A program made the position numbers and the translations under genes. Below the pieces are notes generated by a model. The model did no database searches. It was not told the DNA's origin and was given only the letters and a program-made list of their open reading frames with translations. From assembly GCF_001194135.2 (NCBI RefSeq), contig NC_069000.1, positions 47,326,414 through 47,390,413 of the forward strand: 64,000 bases of DNA. The letters run 5' to 3'. This stretch comes from Octopus bimaculoides. Taxonomy: Eukaryota. Shown here in pieces: positions 1 through 14,249 of this stretch. Numbering within the stretch: position 1 is the first letter of the stretch; every line of letters starts with the position of its first letter.

Positions 1-1290
1 CCCACCCCCCAAACTCTCCCTGTGTTGGTGTGTTTAAGTGACTTCTTACACTTTCATCCTCTCAAAGAGGAAGAGAGTAGGAGAGAAGGGGGAAGGGGCA
101 GAAAGAGGGGTAGTAGCAGGAGGAAGAGGAGGAGGAGGAGGCAGACAAGGAATGTGATTTTAACCCCAAATGAAATTTAGTCCACTGCACCCTCACCACC
201 ACCTCCACCACCATCATCATCATCACCACCACCTTCACCATTGCATGCCGTCGACATCACCACCAGCACCACAACACCAACATCATTGCACCTTTTTTTA
301 CTCATTGTTTCATTATCACTGAGTACAGGGGTGGGGGGAGGGTTTCTGTTGTGTTTTTTGGGTGGGGTAAGTTGTTACCCCAGCAACCATAACAACAACA
401 ACAACACTCGTTAAATTGTGGAAAAAAATGGTTCTACCCTTTGATCATCTTCACTGAACTTACCTCTCCTTCATAATAATAATAATAATAATATGGCAGT
501 GCTCTAGAATAGTCGTCACAACTAAACCAATTTTGTTAGTGAATGCCTGGTGTATTACTGGTATTTATTTTGGGATTGCCAGGGATACAAAATACAACTG
601 CTATGTTTTGGCTCTCTTCACCTTCCTCAGCCAATAATAATAATAATAATAATAACTGAGGTGACTGTACTCCGTAGAGTACAATGCAGATATCCTGTTT
701 GCCTGTCTGTACTCTGTTGTCAATAACTGTCACAGCACTCTGGCTGTGCCACACTGGACAAACAAATAGTTGGGGGTTTCAAATCCTTCTCATCATTACG
801 TTTGTCACTCTTATCTGTTTCTAGCACAGTCTTTGTAGCTGTAAGTAGGTACCACCATACGGTATGGTTTGTAGTCCACTGTATCAGTTGATCAACCATT
901 TTTGTAATGATTTTAGAAAAACAACTCGTTAACTGAACACCATTTGTCAATGTAAACTTGGTTTGAGCTTCACCCACTTGGCTCTGCGCTACCACCTTGA
1001 CTACAGCACTACCCTGCACCAAACTGCTCCATTGTATTGTATCCCCAGCCACTGAGTCCCTATCCTTTTCTCTCTTTTATTGAATACCTTAATCCCCATT
1101 GTTCCCTTTCTTGGTGTAGTTGTAGAAGCCAGTTTGTGAACTCTCTCCCTCTCTCTTTGCTGGATCAATGATGACAATAATAATAATAATAATAATGATG
1201 ATGAAATTCCTCTTTATTGCTACTGTTGTTGCTGTTGGTGGTGATTCTGAACATTCGGTGGATGACACCATATTAGTGGTACCTGCTTAT

Positions 1291-1636
1291 AGATCAAAGT
1301 TGTTCCAGCCATGATTGTCCTGTCTTGTTTCCTCCAGATTATATTACCCCAACGTGTCCATCTCCCTTTTAAGGCAATAGGGTGTGATTTGAGATATATT
1401 TAGCTGCCATTTGTAGCAAGTCAAACGACCATGTAGAGGCTCCCTCCCTGGCACTTAGAAGTCACCACTGAAGTGTTTTGTGCTTGGTGTTGGAGAAGGC
1501 ATCCAATCATAGAAGCCATGCTATGGATGACATTGGAGCTTGGTGCAGCACTGTGGCTTGTCAGATCCTGCCAAATCATCCAACCCATGCCAGCATTGAA
1601 AATCGATTTTAAATGATGATGATGATGATGATGATG
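1291..1636 (+). mobile_element. Two adjacent decayed SINE/RTE-tail fragments
   Basis: Contains the motif ttagctgccatttgtagcaagtcaaacgacc, recurrent in the window (e.g. 11626, 38172). It is followed by ccaacccatgccagcattgaaaatcgattttaaa and a (GAT)n tail, which matches the RTE-type 3' ends at 29434-29610 and 53298-53480. Confidence 0.65.
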
Positions 1637-2261
1637 TTTATATGAGAGAGAGAGAAATAGTCACCATTTTGCTGTATATAGAGGTAACCTGTATGCCAGG
1701 TATGCCAATTCTGCCACACTTTAGTCTAAGTGACTCCCCACACACTGGGTGACTGTATGGGGCTACAATGTGGGCCCTAGGGGTATGTTGGTGGTGGTGT
1801 TATGGCAACAGGGTTCGGTGAGTCAGTGGTGGTAAATTCTTGGCAAACAAAATTCAGTTTCAAATTAACATTTGACTTTGTAACTGGTTGCATTGCTGCC
1901 TTAGTAAGGGCATGATTGTCACCACTTCCCGTCTTTGTTTCAATACACTGATAGATTAACAAAATGTCCTTACATGTCATCTCTGTCTTGTCTCTATTAT
2001 ATTTCCCTTGTCTAACTAATTACTTTCACCCTAATTAAATATTGTAACTCTAATGACATTCCTCTCTATCTACCATGGCCTCTCTCTGCCTCCTTCTCCC
2101 CTTCACTCACTCTCTTTTCTTTGTCTCCTTCACTCATTCTTTCACCAAAAAAAAAACCATTCAGTGTTTGTCATTTGTCATGAAGCGATTTCATTTGGGT
2201 TGGTCTGCCTTCCAAACATCTTGAGAAATACGTACATACAATTATTTATATATATATATAT

Positions 2262-2262
2262 G

Positions 2263-2350
<88 letters not shown>
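2262..2350. repeat. (CA)n microsatellite, representative of dozens of (TA)n, (CA)n, (GA)n and (AAT)n arrays in the window
   Basis: Directly visible dinucleotide run. Comparable compound arrays occur at 5030-5370, 6860-7560, 13400-13730 and elsewhere, often flanking N gaps. Confidence 0.97.
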
Positions 2351-2352
<2 letters not shown>

Positions 2353-2767
2353 TACATACATTTTCTTAACATGGAGTTCTGTCATGTAAGACCAATTTCC
2401 CAACATCTTCCTGTTAAATGGAAGTTAACAAGCACAGAATTGGTGAGAAAATATGTTTTATATTATGGAAACTGTGTTATAGGAAAGGTTCTTGGGTAGA
2501 GCTCTTACATAATGTGGCAGATGCCTGTATGTGTGTGATGTTCATTTGTGTATGATACTAAGCAGTAATAACATTCTCTCCGACCGGTTAATTTCATCCA
2601 GTCGTTCATTCAGCCATATATGGATTGACAATGAATGTAATCCTTGTTTATCTCATGCATAAATTAACATATATTATACAGATATATATTAATATATATT
2701 TAACTCTACACACTTCCAACACAACACTGTATTGAATACTTTTGTTTTTATACCACAACATAAACTA

Positions 2768-2807
<40 letters not shown>

Positions 2808-2841
2808 NNNNNNNNNNNNNNNNNNNNNNNNNNNNNNNNNN

Positions 2842-2896
<55 letters not shown>

Positions 2897-3693
2897 TATA
2901 TTTATTATATTGCCATAAAATTGCAGTGGGATTGTCAAGAAGCGAAGCATCACCCTGTCTTGTTGCCTGTCACACTTCAACTGGTCCTAAATCAGCCCAA
3001 AGAAGCCCCTGCTGAGTTACCAAAGAATCCTATGTACAATAGCTATGTAGGACTGTCTATGAAATGGCTAGTGATGGCCTCCATGAGGAATGTTTTGATT
3101 TTAGCTGGTAACATTGGCATGGGTTCTTTCATCATGTGTGGCAGAGATTGATGACTGGGAGAAAAGTTTTTTCCATCACAAGTTACCAAACTTTGAATGG
3201 AAAATATCTTCAGGGAATCATTGCAAATGGTGATGAATTCTTCTGAGATTATTTGAAGGGAGACATTTAGGGATTTAGTCTTGAAGCTAAGATTCCTGCA
3301 AACTATGATAGGCATTTAGTTTAGTCTTGTAGACTTGGCTTTCTCAACTAATTGTTACTGGTTTCTCTCCACGACAGTCATAATTGTAATCAGAAGGGGT
3401 GTGACGTAATTTGTGTGACCTTTCAGATGGGAATAGGGTCAGGGATGGAGAAAAAGAAGGAATAGTAAGGGATCACGTGCCTTTAGGCCCCACTGCATCC
3501 TCAGGTGTATATGATAAATTACATAGATGTATATATATGTATGTATACAATTGTGTGCGCGTAATGTCATTCTACATCATTGCTTTATCAGTGCTTAGTT
3601 TACAATAATTAACAAACAAGCAAAAATAATCTAAATAAAAGAAGGAAACAAAACAAATCTTGTTCGTTTTCTGAATGAGATTTTACATTTTAA

Positions 3694-3741
<48 letters not shown>

Positions 3742-5734
3742 ATTCCCTGTAAACTGTAGTGAAGCAGCTGCCTGCTCTTATATAGTTTCGCCCCCTTTTC
3801 TTTTCATCTGAAAAAAATAAACTCTTTTTTTTTTTTTTTTTAAAGGAGTTTTCAAAGAACAGAAAGAAACTCCTTATTCAATGTTTTTTTAAGACATTCT
3901 TAGACAACAGTTTGGCACAAGTGGTTCCTGATATCAAGAATTTTGCATTTATACCTGTGTGTGTGTGTGTGTGTATGTTTTATTGCATTCACAGTACAAA
4001 GCCTACATAAAAAAAAAACAAAGACCTGAAGAAAAGGTGAGAGAAATTCACTCTCTCTCTCTCTCTCTCTTTCCCTCTCTCTCTCTCTCTTTCCCTCTCT
4101 CTCTCTCTCTTTCTCTCTCTTCTCATGTTTGTGTGATTGTGTAACAGACACAAGCACATGCACTTATACATATATATACATGTAATTCCACTTATTCAAT
4201 TGTACAGAAAGTAATTGTATAAATGAAGTAAAAAAAAATAAATATTACAAAATCTAAATCCCAATAAAATGTGTGAAGTTTTAAAATTGCAGCCCATTTT
4301 TTGAAATTTGTTTGTTTCTAGGGGTCAGTGTATGGGGAGGAGGGGTCTCTTAACAGTTCTACATCTCTTACCCCCGCCCCCCTCTCTCCTTAAAACATAA
4401 ACATTTAATATAAGAAACTTTGATAATGTCTATTTTGTCCCTCAAACTTCTTTGTTTATTTTTAGTTTTTTTTCTTTTATTTCTTTGTTATTGATTCTGG
4501 AAGAGAATTCATTTTTCAAAAGTCTTCAGCAATTTATTCTTTAGAAGAGTACAACACAAATAATGATGATGATAATAATAATAATAATAATAATAATAAG
4601 CAAAGCCTGCATAAATATTGAAAACCAAATTAAACCAAGCTACTCACTGCCAGAAGAATTCGTCAATCAATACAGACAAAGACATTAATTAGTTAAGTAA
4701 CGACTAAACACCACACTTTCTCCACTGCAAGGATCCTGGTACTTTCGTTTCTAAATGTTCTCTTGTTCCAAGTTCCTGCCATGTCTTGAAACGGTTCACA
4801 TCGGTTCTTGTTTGTCCCAACAATAGGTACACATCTCTCTGTCTTAATATGACCAACACTACTCCAGGAGTGTCTCTCGTGGTCACATACCTCCTTGTTT
4901 AGTCATTAATCTTCAGATTGTAAGTAAAAATACTGCCCCCATCCTTCTGTCTTCATCTGGGTGTCACCATTTTCTAGAGAATCATTTGCTCAACCATTGG
5001 TCAATCTGGCAAGCAAATCTATGAAATACACACACACGTTTGTGTGTGTATATATGTACATACATATATATATATATGTGCATATATGTATATATATGTG
5101 CATATATGTATATATATATATATATATGCATATATATATATATGTGCATGTGTGTATATATATATACACATATGTATGTATGTGTGTATATATATATGTA
5201 TGTATATATGTATGAAGATATATATATATATGTATGTATATATATATGTCTGTGTATGTATATGTGTGTGTATATATATATATATGTATGTATATATAAG
5301 TATCCATGTGTATGTACATATATATATATATAATATTACATATGTATGTATGTAATACATGCGTGTGTGTGTCTGTATTAAATAAAATGAGAGAACAAAA
5401 CCAAGGCTGTGTGGAATTTTCGGGACATTTATAAAGAGAAAGGTAGTCACACAGCTGTGTCTGGAGTATTAGGGATATCCCTTTATCAGAGACAATGTGA
5501 GAGAGTTACAAAGAGGGAAATAGAAGAGTTCAGTATAACGAGTGATTTTGGAAAAGGAAGGACATATATATATATATATATATCTAAAAGGCAAGTAGTT
5601 TTAGTATATTGGTTATGTGCAAGTAAGTATAGTTATCTCTGTTTTCCGATTCGACCATTGAATGAATCCATACAAAGGGATATTCACATGTTTAGCCCTG
5701 GAAACAGAATCAGATTTCTCTGTTTTAAGTTGCT

Positions 5735-5965
5735 TAATCCAGAGATACATCTGTGTTAAGCTCCTTATTCTTCAGATCCAGCAATCCACTCTTTGTTTAA
5801 TCCTCTCCAATCATATCTGTTATCAGTTGATTGTTTTTAATCCAGGACATTTTGCTTAATTTATTGTTGTTGCTTGATCCACCAAACAACTCTTTTAATC
5901 TCCGTAATCCTTCCAGAAACCCACATTCTTGCATCAGGTACTGTTTTAGGACCAGCTCTTAATCC
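5735..5965 (+). promoter_or_regulatory. Homotypic cluster of TAATCC (K50 homeodomain-type) motifs, candidate enhancer
   Basis: TAATCC at 5735, 5798, 5838, 5905 and 5960, plus TAATCT at 5896, all on one strand within ~230 bp of otherwise non-repetitive DNA. Confidence 0.4.
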
Positions 5966-7032
5966 TTGTTTGAAATTTTTACAGAAATATTTTAGTTAAA
6001 TTTCTCTTTGTTAGCAGCAGATGTTGGATAAAAGAAAAAAAAGTGTTTAATCATTAGTGTTGGCACTGTAAATATTCAATATTTTTGGTATTTTCCTGCT
6101 TCTTTTATTTATTCCAAAGAACTTTTCCCTAACGTCTCCCTTTTTACCATTCTACTTTAACTGGAGAAGATTTGAAACCCAACCTTCATTTCACAATTTT
6201 TGAGATTTGAGAGAAATAATAATAATAATAATAATCTATTTTAGGCTCAAGGCTAACAATTCTAAGGGGGGTAAAGAATAGTTGATTTGATTCCAATCTT
6301 TCCCTGTTTGAGTGTCATTTGGTAAAATGGTGCCAACTGGACCCTCTTCTGTTATGAGTGATGATTGAGGTGTTGTGGGGTTAGCAGAGACCAGGTTGTG
6401 ACACAATGGCACAGTGATTCCAAAACCATTATTGCTTCTCTGTGAGAAGTCTGTGAAAAAACATTTCTCTTTTTATTTTAAGGATTCTTTTTTTTTTTTT
6501 CTTGTAAATAAATTTGGATTTTAACAATTTCAAAAAAAAAACAATGAATGGTTTTCTCTTCACATTTATTTTCTGATTATATATATATATATATATATAT
6601 NNNNNNNNNNNNNNNNNNNNNNNNNNNNNNNNNNNNNNNNNNNNNNNNNNNNNNNNNNNNNNNNNNNNNNNNNNNNNNNNNNNNNNNNNNNNNNNNNNNN
6701 NNNNNNNNNNNNNNNNNNNNNNNNNNNNNNNNNNNNNNNNNNNNNNNNNNNNNNNNNNNNNNNNNNNNNNNNNNNNNNNNNNNNNNNNNNNNNNNNNNNN
6801 NNNNNNNNNNNNNNNNNNNNNNNNNNNNNNNNNNNNNNNNNNNNNNNNNNAACAATGATGATATATGTATGTGGATATATGTATGTATGTGGACATATAT
6901 ATGTATGTATATGGATATATATATATATATAAATATATGTATGTGTGTATGTGAATATATATGTATATATATATATATGTGAATATATATGCATGTATAT
7001 ATATATATGTATGTATATATATTTTTATTATG

Positions 7033-7222
7033 TGCCCCTTTAAAGCCTAGCCAGGCTCACGGGCCCGGTTTCCCGGTTTCTATGGCGTGTGTGTTTCACC
7101 CCCAGCTGGACAGGACGCCAGTCCATCACAGCGTTACTCAAGAAACAGTGAGAGAAAGTTGAGGTGAAAGAGTACAACAGGGGTTGCCACTACCCCCTGC
7201 CGGAGCCTCGTGGAGCTTTTTA
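7033..7222. mobile_element. GC-rich interspersed repeat (SINE-like) inside a microsatellite
   Basis: ~190-bp GC-rich block with retained CpGs embedded in (TA/TG)n. It contains ctggacaggacgccagtccatcacagc, typical of SINE central domains. Confidence 0.5.
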
Positions 7223-8699
7223 GATGTATGTATGTGTGTGTATATATATATGTGTGTGTGTGTATATATATGTATGTGTGTATATATGTGTATAAATATA
7301 TGTATGCATATATATATATGCATATGTGTAGATATATATGGATGTTTGTATATATATATGTGTGTATATGTATGTATGCATATATATGCATATAACTATA
7401 TATATATGGATTTATGCATATATATATATATGGATGTATATATGTATGTGTATGTATATATATGTGTAAGTTTATGTATGACTATGTATATATGTATATA
7501 TATGTATGTATGTATATATATATATATATATGAATGTATGTATGTATGACTATGTATATGTGTATGTATGTATACTCATGGATCATCATCTGATAATGTT
7601 TCTAAAGAGGAAAAGCCTCTTGCCTTTGAAATATAAACAGAAATTGTGGTTTTCTTTTTGACGGTGAATTCGTTTCTACCAGAGAAACATACACATACAT
7701 GATTTCACTTTCAATTGATACACACACACACACACAGAGGTTCATTAATTATACACACGTTCACAGACACACATACTTTCCACTAACAACCACACCCACA
7801 CTTGCAAATTCTCCTGTAAATATATTTATAATTAACTCCTGCCTCATATTCTTTGATCTAGTGAAGAACAAAATAATTAATTACTCCAAATGAATTAATG
7901 AAAAAACATCACTAACTCGTTCACTTTGAGTCGAAATCTCAAATACCCCTCATCCCCCACCCCGTTGCCCCTAAAATTGTTGATAATCGTTCAGACTTGA
8001 TCTTCTGCCCTCTCAAAGAATTAAAAAAGCAAAAACAACAAAAAAGACATTTCTGTTTTGTAAAAGATTTTGCAAAAGAAAATCCTAGTTAGAAATATTT
8101 ANNNNNNNNNNNNNNNNNNNNNNNNNNNNNNNNNNNNNNNNNNNNNNNNNNNNNNNNNNNNNNNNNNNNNNNNNNNNNNNNNNNNNNNNNNNNNNNNNNN
8201 NNNNNNNNNNNNNNNNNNNNNNNNNNNNNNNNNNNNNNNNNNNNNNNNNNNNNNNNNNNNNNNNNNNNNNNNNNNNNNNNNNNNNNNNNNNNNNNNNNNN
8301 NNNNNNNNNNNNNNNNNNNNNNNNNNNNNNNNNNNNNNNNNNNNNNNNNNNNNNNNNNNNNNNNNNNNNNNNNNNNNNNNNNNNNNNNNNNNNNNNNNNN
8401 NNNNNNNNNNNNNNNNNNNAATTGTTGATTGTGGAATGAAGAAATGGTCCCCCATGGACCTTGCAGCCCTTTCTCCTCGGAGACTGGTGACATCGGTGTT
8501 ATTAATGTTAAACTGACCCTTTTCTGGCTAAATATTTTCCCTGTTTTATGTTCAAACCAGCCAGATCTGGCCTCTCACACCTACCCTACAATGTTATTCT
8601 CAAAATAAACAATCACATCATCAAAACCTTGTAGCAATGAGATAATCCAGGATTAAAACAAAACAATGTGAATAAATAAGGATTACTATCAGAACTAGC

Positions 8700-9210
8700 A
8701 AGGTCTAGAATCGAAAGGCCTTAGAGTCAACCTAGCAAAAACCAAGGTCATAATAAGTAGGAAGACACAACAAATCACAAATCCCTTGAGGTAGATGGCC
8801 CCGCTTGATCTGTAGAAAAGGCAGAGGTAGAAACTCCATAAGATGTACCCAGTGTATGCTATGGACACATAAGAGGTGCAGCAATATCAAAAGAAGGTTA
8901 ACCGGGAAAGATAGTTTTTGTGTGTGAAAGATGCACAGGGGCAATAAACACCGAAGGTGTACAGAAAACAGATTCCATCACATGCCAAAGAAGAAACCTA
9001 GATGTAGTTGATAGCTTCCATTATGTAGGTGACAAAGTCTGTAGCGGGGCTGGATACTCTGAGAGCATAGCTGCTGGAATAAGAATAGCCTGGGCAAAGT
9101 TGAGAGAGCTGCTGCCTCTGCTGGCAACAGAGAGCCTCTCACTCAGTGAAAGGTAGACTGTATGATGCATGTGTTTGAACAGCCATATCTTTGTGCAGCT
9201 GAAGATTGCA
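8700..9210 (+). mobile_element. RTE-clade LINE reverse-transcriptase fragment (degenerate)
   Basis: Translates to GLESKGLRVNLAKTKV and, after frameshifts, LDVVDSFHYVGDKVCSGAGYSESIAAGIRIAWAKLRELLPLLAT. These are RT C-terminal and post-RT motifs of RTE LINEs. Confidence 0.8.
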
Positions 9211-10434
9211 CTGCATTTTACATTTGATATATATATATATACACACTTTTCTGTTCCATTACATGTAGGATCAACAGAAAAAGTACTCCATCCAATGAGA
9301 GATAAGCATCATTCAATGTACACAGTATTTAAAATGAGAGATACTAATAGTTTCTTGTAAATTTATATAATGTGTGCCTTGCATCTGCAAGCAATCTGCA
9401 GGCTCAGTGTCTCCATGGCAAGAAACTATTTGTAGCTCTTATTTTAAATACTGTGTACATTAAGTGATACACACACACATATATGTATATATCCATTTAG
9501 TATTAACTGTGGGAGAAAAAGAGTATAAAATACAGGATCTTCTGGCAAACTGTGAGTGGAAAAATATATTTTTGTATATATACTGATTATGTAGGTTGGT
9601 TGGTAGGTGTGTAGACAATTAGACAGACAGAGAGACAGACAAATATATATTCATTAAACGTCAGTCATACAATCCATCTTTGCCGCAAGACTTCCCTAAT
9701 TATCTCCCTTCATCTATTCAGCCGTCCCAGAGTTCAGTGACCTCCTCCTCCATTTGACTCTTAATGTCACTATTTCTTATTGGTGTCATTAACACTTAAA
9801 CTCTGTCCTCATCAAACAGATCTAATGTTAAAGGCGTTACAGTCATGACTACACCGCCTTTCTTTTCTTCTTTTTTGTTTACGTTTAAATACCTTCCTAT
9901 TTAGATATATTGTTCAAGTTATAGACAGACAGACAGACAGATAGATAATTTATTCTGCAGGGATTACAAAGTAACTCGAGGATCGAAAGATTTGTGCATT
10001 GACACTTACCAAAGTTTGACAAGTGTCAATCCAGTTTACGTCACTTTGTAACTTTTACCGAGTGTGTATTAGGGGGAGGGGCGAGCATGTGTATGTGTGT
10101 GTGTCTATTCACACACACATATATGTATGTACGTACGAATCAATGTGTACATATAAGTTGTAATTAAAATTGAAGTTTAGGTAAGAGAGTTTAAGGTGTA
10201 GTATCGAAACCTTGTTATGGCAAGGTCCCTTGTCGTGCCCCCTGCAGAGCACCTTCATCGCTTGCGGTTACCAGGTGTGATCTGGAGTAGCGCACTTTCG
10301 TTGCTGGGTGGGTGATCTTTCGGGGTACAAAAAGCACGTGCCTTTTTGACATTTATGATACTTATATAGAAATTTTGCAGCGAGATTACGTAAGGAATTC
10401 TTTGTTGCATGTTGAGTGTATTCTAAATGATTAA

Positions 10435-10755
10435 TACATAGTGTACTGGAAACTTAATATACGACAACGATCGTTTCGGCTTACTTCTGCGCTGCTCCCT
10501 TGTGGGTGGAGAACGATGTAATGGAATCGAATGCACCCCATATTGCAGAAAAAACTTCCTCAGGTCACACAAAGCGGTTCACTATTATAAGATGTACATC
10601 CGATAACACTGAACCGTTTTGTGTGACCTGAGGAGGCTTCTTCTGCACCATGGGGTGCATTCAATTCCATTGCATCATTCCCCACTCACTAAAGAGCAGT
10701 GCAGAAGTAAGCCGAAACGATCGTTGTCGTAAATAAAGCTTCCACTACACTCTGT
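10435..10755. mobile_element. Fold-back (hairpin) MITE, ~320 bp
   Basis: Left arm gtgtactggaaacttaatatacgacaacgatcgtttcggcttacttctgc...ggtcacacaaagcggttca. It is the reverse complement of the right arm tgaaccgttttgtgtgacc...gcagaagtaagccgaaacgatcgttgtcgtaaataaagcttccactacac. The spacer is ~28 nt. Confidence 0.85.
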
Positions 10756-11032
10756 CTTCCGTATTAATCTTTTAGAACGTGTGTGTGTTAATCGAAGTGT
10801 GTTATATATCCGTTACGGCTGATCTTACCATATAAATTTGTAGTGCAGTGTATGGATTCATAGAATCCCGTGGCAATCACAGAAAGCTCCTCTAGTGGAC
10901 CCAGCTATCATATCACATAATAATTCAATACAGAGGAATATAATGCTGAGTACTATGCAGCTGGAATACAAGAGAGGCAATCTCTATGAAATTATTTCAT
11001 GAGGTGTATCTGGACCATAAAATGTCAGGCGC

Positions 11033-11115
11033 TACGAGAGGTGAATATATTCATTTAACCACTTAGCATATCGGTAACATATCAAGTGGTTAAATAAATA
11101 TATTCACCTCTCGTA
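11033..11115. other. 83-nt near-perfect hairpin (pre-miRNA-like or mini-MITE)
   Basis: tacgagaggtgaatatattcatttaaccactt pairs with aagtggttaaataaatatattcacctctcgta over 32 bp with one mismatch, around a 19-nt loop. Confidence 0.6.
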
Positions 11116-11362
11116 TCTCATAAATTTTTCTGTAGTCTATGTATATACATTTATACACACATTCACACATACACAACACACCATAGTAAGCACATAAATG
11201 TGAAACATACAAACTTAATTTTGTTCCAGTCTCAATTTAAACTTCCGACGGACGGGAATGTGTACAGTTTTTGTTATATTTTTGCAGCTTTAATAATAAT
11301 AAAGTGTGTATATATATATATATATACACACACTTTATTATTATTAAAGCTGCAAAAACATC

Positions 11363-11395
<33 letters not shown>

Positions 11396-13478
11396 NNNNN
11401 NNNNNNNNNNNNNNNNNNNNNNNNNNNNNNNNNNNNNNNNNNNNNNNNNNNNNNNNNNNNNNNNNNNNNNNNNNNNNNNNNNNNNNNNNNNNNNNNNNNN
11501 NNNNNNNNNNNNNNNNNNNNNNNNNNNNNNNNNNNNNNNNNNNNNNNNNNNNNNNNNNNNNNNNNNNNNNNNNNNNNNNNNNNNNTATATATATGAGGGA
11601 AATATTTGGCTGCTATTTCTAGTAGGAAAAGTGAGTTTGGAGACAGAAATTATCGAACCCCGAACAACAAATCACATCGTCCTGGAATTCTATCAGCAAC
11701 GTCAGTTGACACTGCGCGAGGAAACAAGGTGCCCGTTGCCCCAGATGGCCTCACGTCATTAATACAATATGTCTGTAAGAGATCAGAATGTCTGTAATAA
11801 GGTAGAGGTCAGCGAAAGATGATGGAGGGAACATTCAGATCGTGTTGTTGGCAATCTTCCAGCTTTCGGTCGTTATCGCAAGGAATAACAGAATATAAGA
11901 TTACGAACTAAAACAAATTCGAAGTCTTATATTCTGCACTATTTCTTGTTGCATTCTTAAAAATATTGCATCAAACACAAAAGTATCGTTATTAAATATT
12001 TATTTTATACAATTACATGTTTTGTATTAAAAACAAATACTAATTAATTTTAATTACATTTTGTGATATTGTTTGTTTTATTGGAATATTTATTGACGTT
12101 CGTGTTCGTATTTATTCTGTCATTCTATTTCAGTTAATATTATGTATTCTATTATTCTTTAGAACTTATACTGATCGCATTTGCTAATCAATTTGTTCTT
12201 ATGTAATCGAACTTATACTTCGATTAGAGTAAAACGAAATAAAATCAGTTGTTTAGCTCTAGGGATCTAGATGCAGGCTGTTCCAACTGTTATAGTAATA
12301 TATCTAAAACTGTGAGACCTTCCTTAAGCCATCAGGATTCGATAAGAAGATTCGGCTGTTATTTCTAGCGACCACGTAGTGGTTCTTTCATTTATTTGCT
12401 CGTCTTAGAACATATTACGGGTTTCATAAAATATTTTATGGATTTTATAGCGTTTTACAATGCTTTTAGAAATAGCAAGTCTATTATTCTTATGAATAAA
12501 TTTTCTAAAGCAATCTTAATTTCTGTTTAAAATTATTTTATTGTGCTGAGGTTTGTCTGTAAAATATGAAGGTTTCGCATAAAGAAAACAAGTTATATTA
12601 AAAGACACCTACCCAAGGGTCATGCAGTGGGATTGAACCTGGAACCAAGTGGCTGTGAAACGACCTTATTACCACACAACCATAAATACCAGTATTTACT
12701 GTCACTTGTTTGTGGGGTATGGAAGGGTTGGACACAACATGCATGATGAGAGGGGTGGCACGAGGCCAGCCAATTCTGATGAGCAGAAACCATTATAAAA
12801 GGGTCCAAGAATGGAGACAGCAAACCTGTGATGGGTCGAGGCCCAGAATGCGATACAGAGGTCCTCGTCTGAATAGGGTCCATTATGTGTCTGTGTTCAC
12901 CAGCAGCAGCAACACTGTCCTGTGTGTGCAAGCAATAATCCATTTTGGGGCCTCACTAAGCTTTGTAGAGCATCATTAATAATTGTTTTAAACCGGCCAG
13001 GCTGCGGCACAGTATGCTGTTTGTGAAGTGATGCAGAAAACAACATCAACTCGTGAGATACATTATTTATTTCAACACAAGTTACAGTGAAAAATCTGGA
13101 CATCTCCATCAATATTTTCTTACAAATTTCTTTTTTTTTATACAAACTTCAGGAATTTCCCCCCCACAAAAAAAAGTTTAATTCCACGAAAATAATAAAT
13201 AAATAAAAAAAACTGTTCTCATTTATTTTATTTGTTTTCACTTCTGATGTCATTTTATTTTTCTAATAAAAAAAAAAAATTGGATCCCCTCCAACGCACA
13301 CAATTTCCTGGCTGACAGTCCATTATGTGAGGGGGCCAACATATTTGCAGCTTGGTTACCAATATGCTTCAATATGGTCAGCAAGATATTCCAATATGTC
13401 TAGTCATATACATATATATATGTATATACAAGTATATATATATATGTATATATATATACACACACACACAAGTATATA

Positions 13479-13526
<48 letters not shown>

Positions 13527-13545
13527 NNNNNNNNNNAAGTATATA

Positions 13546-13591
<46 letters not shown>

Positions 13592-13679
13592 AGTATATAT
13601 ATGTGTATATATATATATATATATATACACACAAGTATATATATGTGTGTATATATATATATATATACACACAAGTATA

Positions 13680-13722
<43 letters not shown>

Positions 13723-13836
13723 ACACAAGTATACATAGGTTTTCTTATAAATGGCCAGATGTTTCAACTATTGTCTCTCCTGCAGAGATGACTCAAAACA
13801 TCTGGCCATGTTGTAAGAGAACAATAAACACAATGT

Positions 13837-13887
<51 letters not shown>

Positions 13888-14249
13888 CATATCCATAGTA
13901 GAATTACCAATATATTTCCACAGTGTGGTAACCAGCAGTCGTCCATAGTATAGTTTCTAGTGTATTAAGACAGTGTGGTTATCAACAGATTCCAATTGTG
14001 GTCACCAACAGACCCACAATCTGGTCAATGAGGTGGTCACTAACATACACCACAATTACAACGTAGGTTTCCTGTACATCATGCCGGAGATATATACAAA
14101 AATAGAATTTTCTCCAAAATATTGAGATTAAGGAATTCCAAATCTAATGTTTGGTACCAAATCTGAAGAAAATTTGAAAGAATGGATTTAAAAAGAAAAA
14201 GGCATTGGGAGTGAAGATTATAGCATGTATGTACACACACACACACACA

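Noticed and set aside
536-1271. Three staggered minus-strand ORFs (60-110 aa) that might be a frameshifted gene
   Set aside because: No recognisable domain. Hydrophobic runs come from (AAT)n repeats, splice signals are weak, and stops occur between the frames. More likely UTR or intergenic DNA.
2900-3400. Unique-looking sequence with 80-140-aa ORFs on both strands
   Set aside because: No frame stays open through the region, and no convincing protein or RT motif was found.
4960-7560. Many YI/HT/CV-repeat ORFs here and at 13300-13950, 23350-24550, 28700-29600 and 47380-47760
   Set aside because: Translations of (TA)n/(CA)n microsatellites and N gaps.
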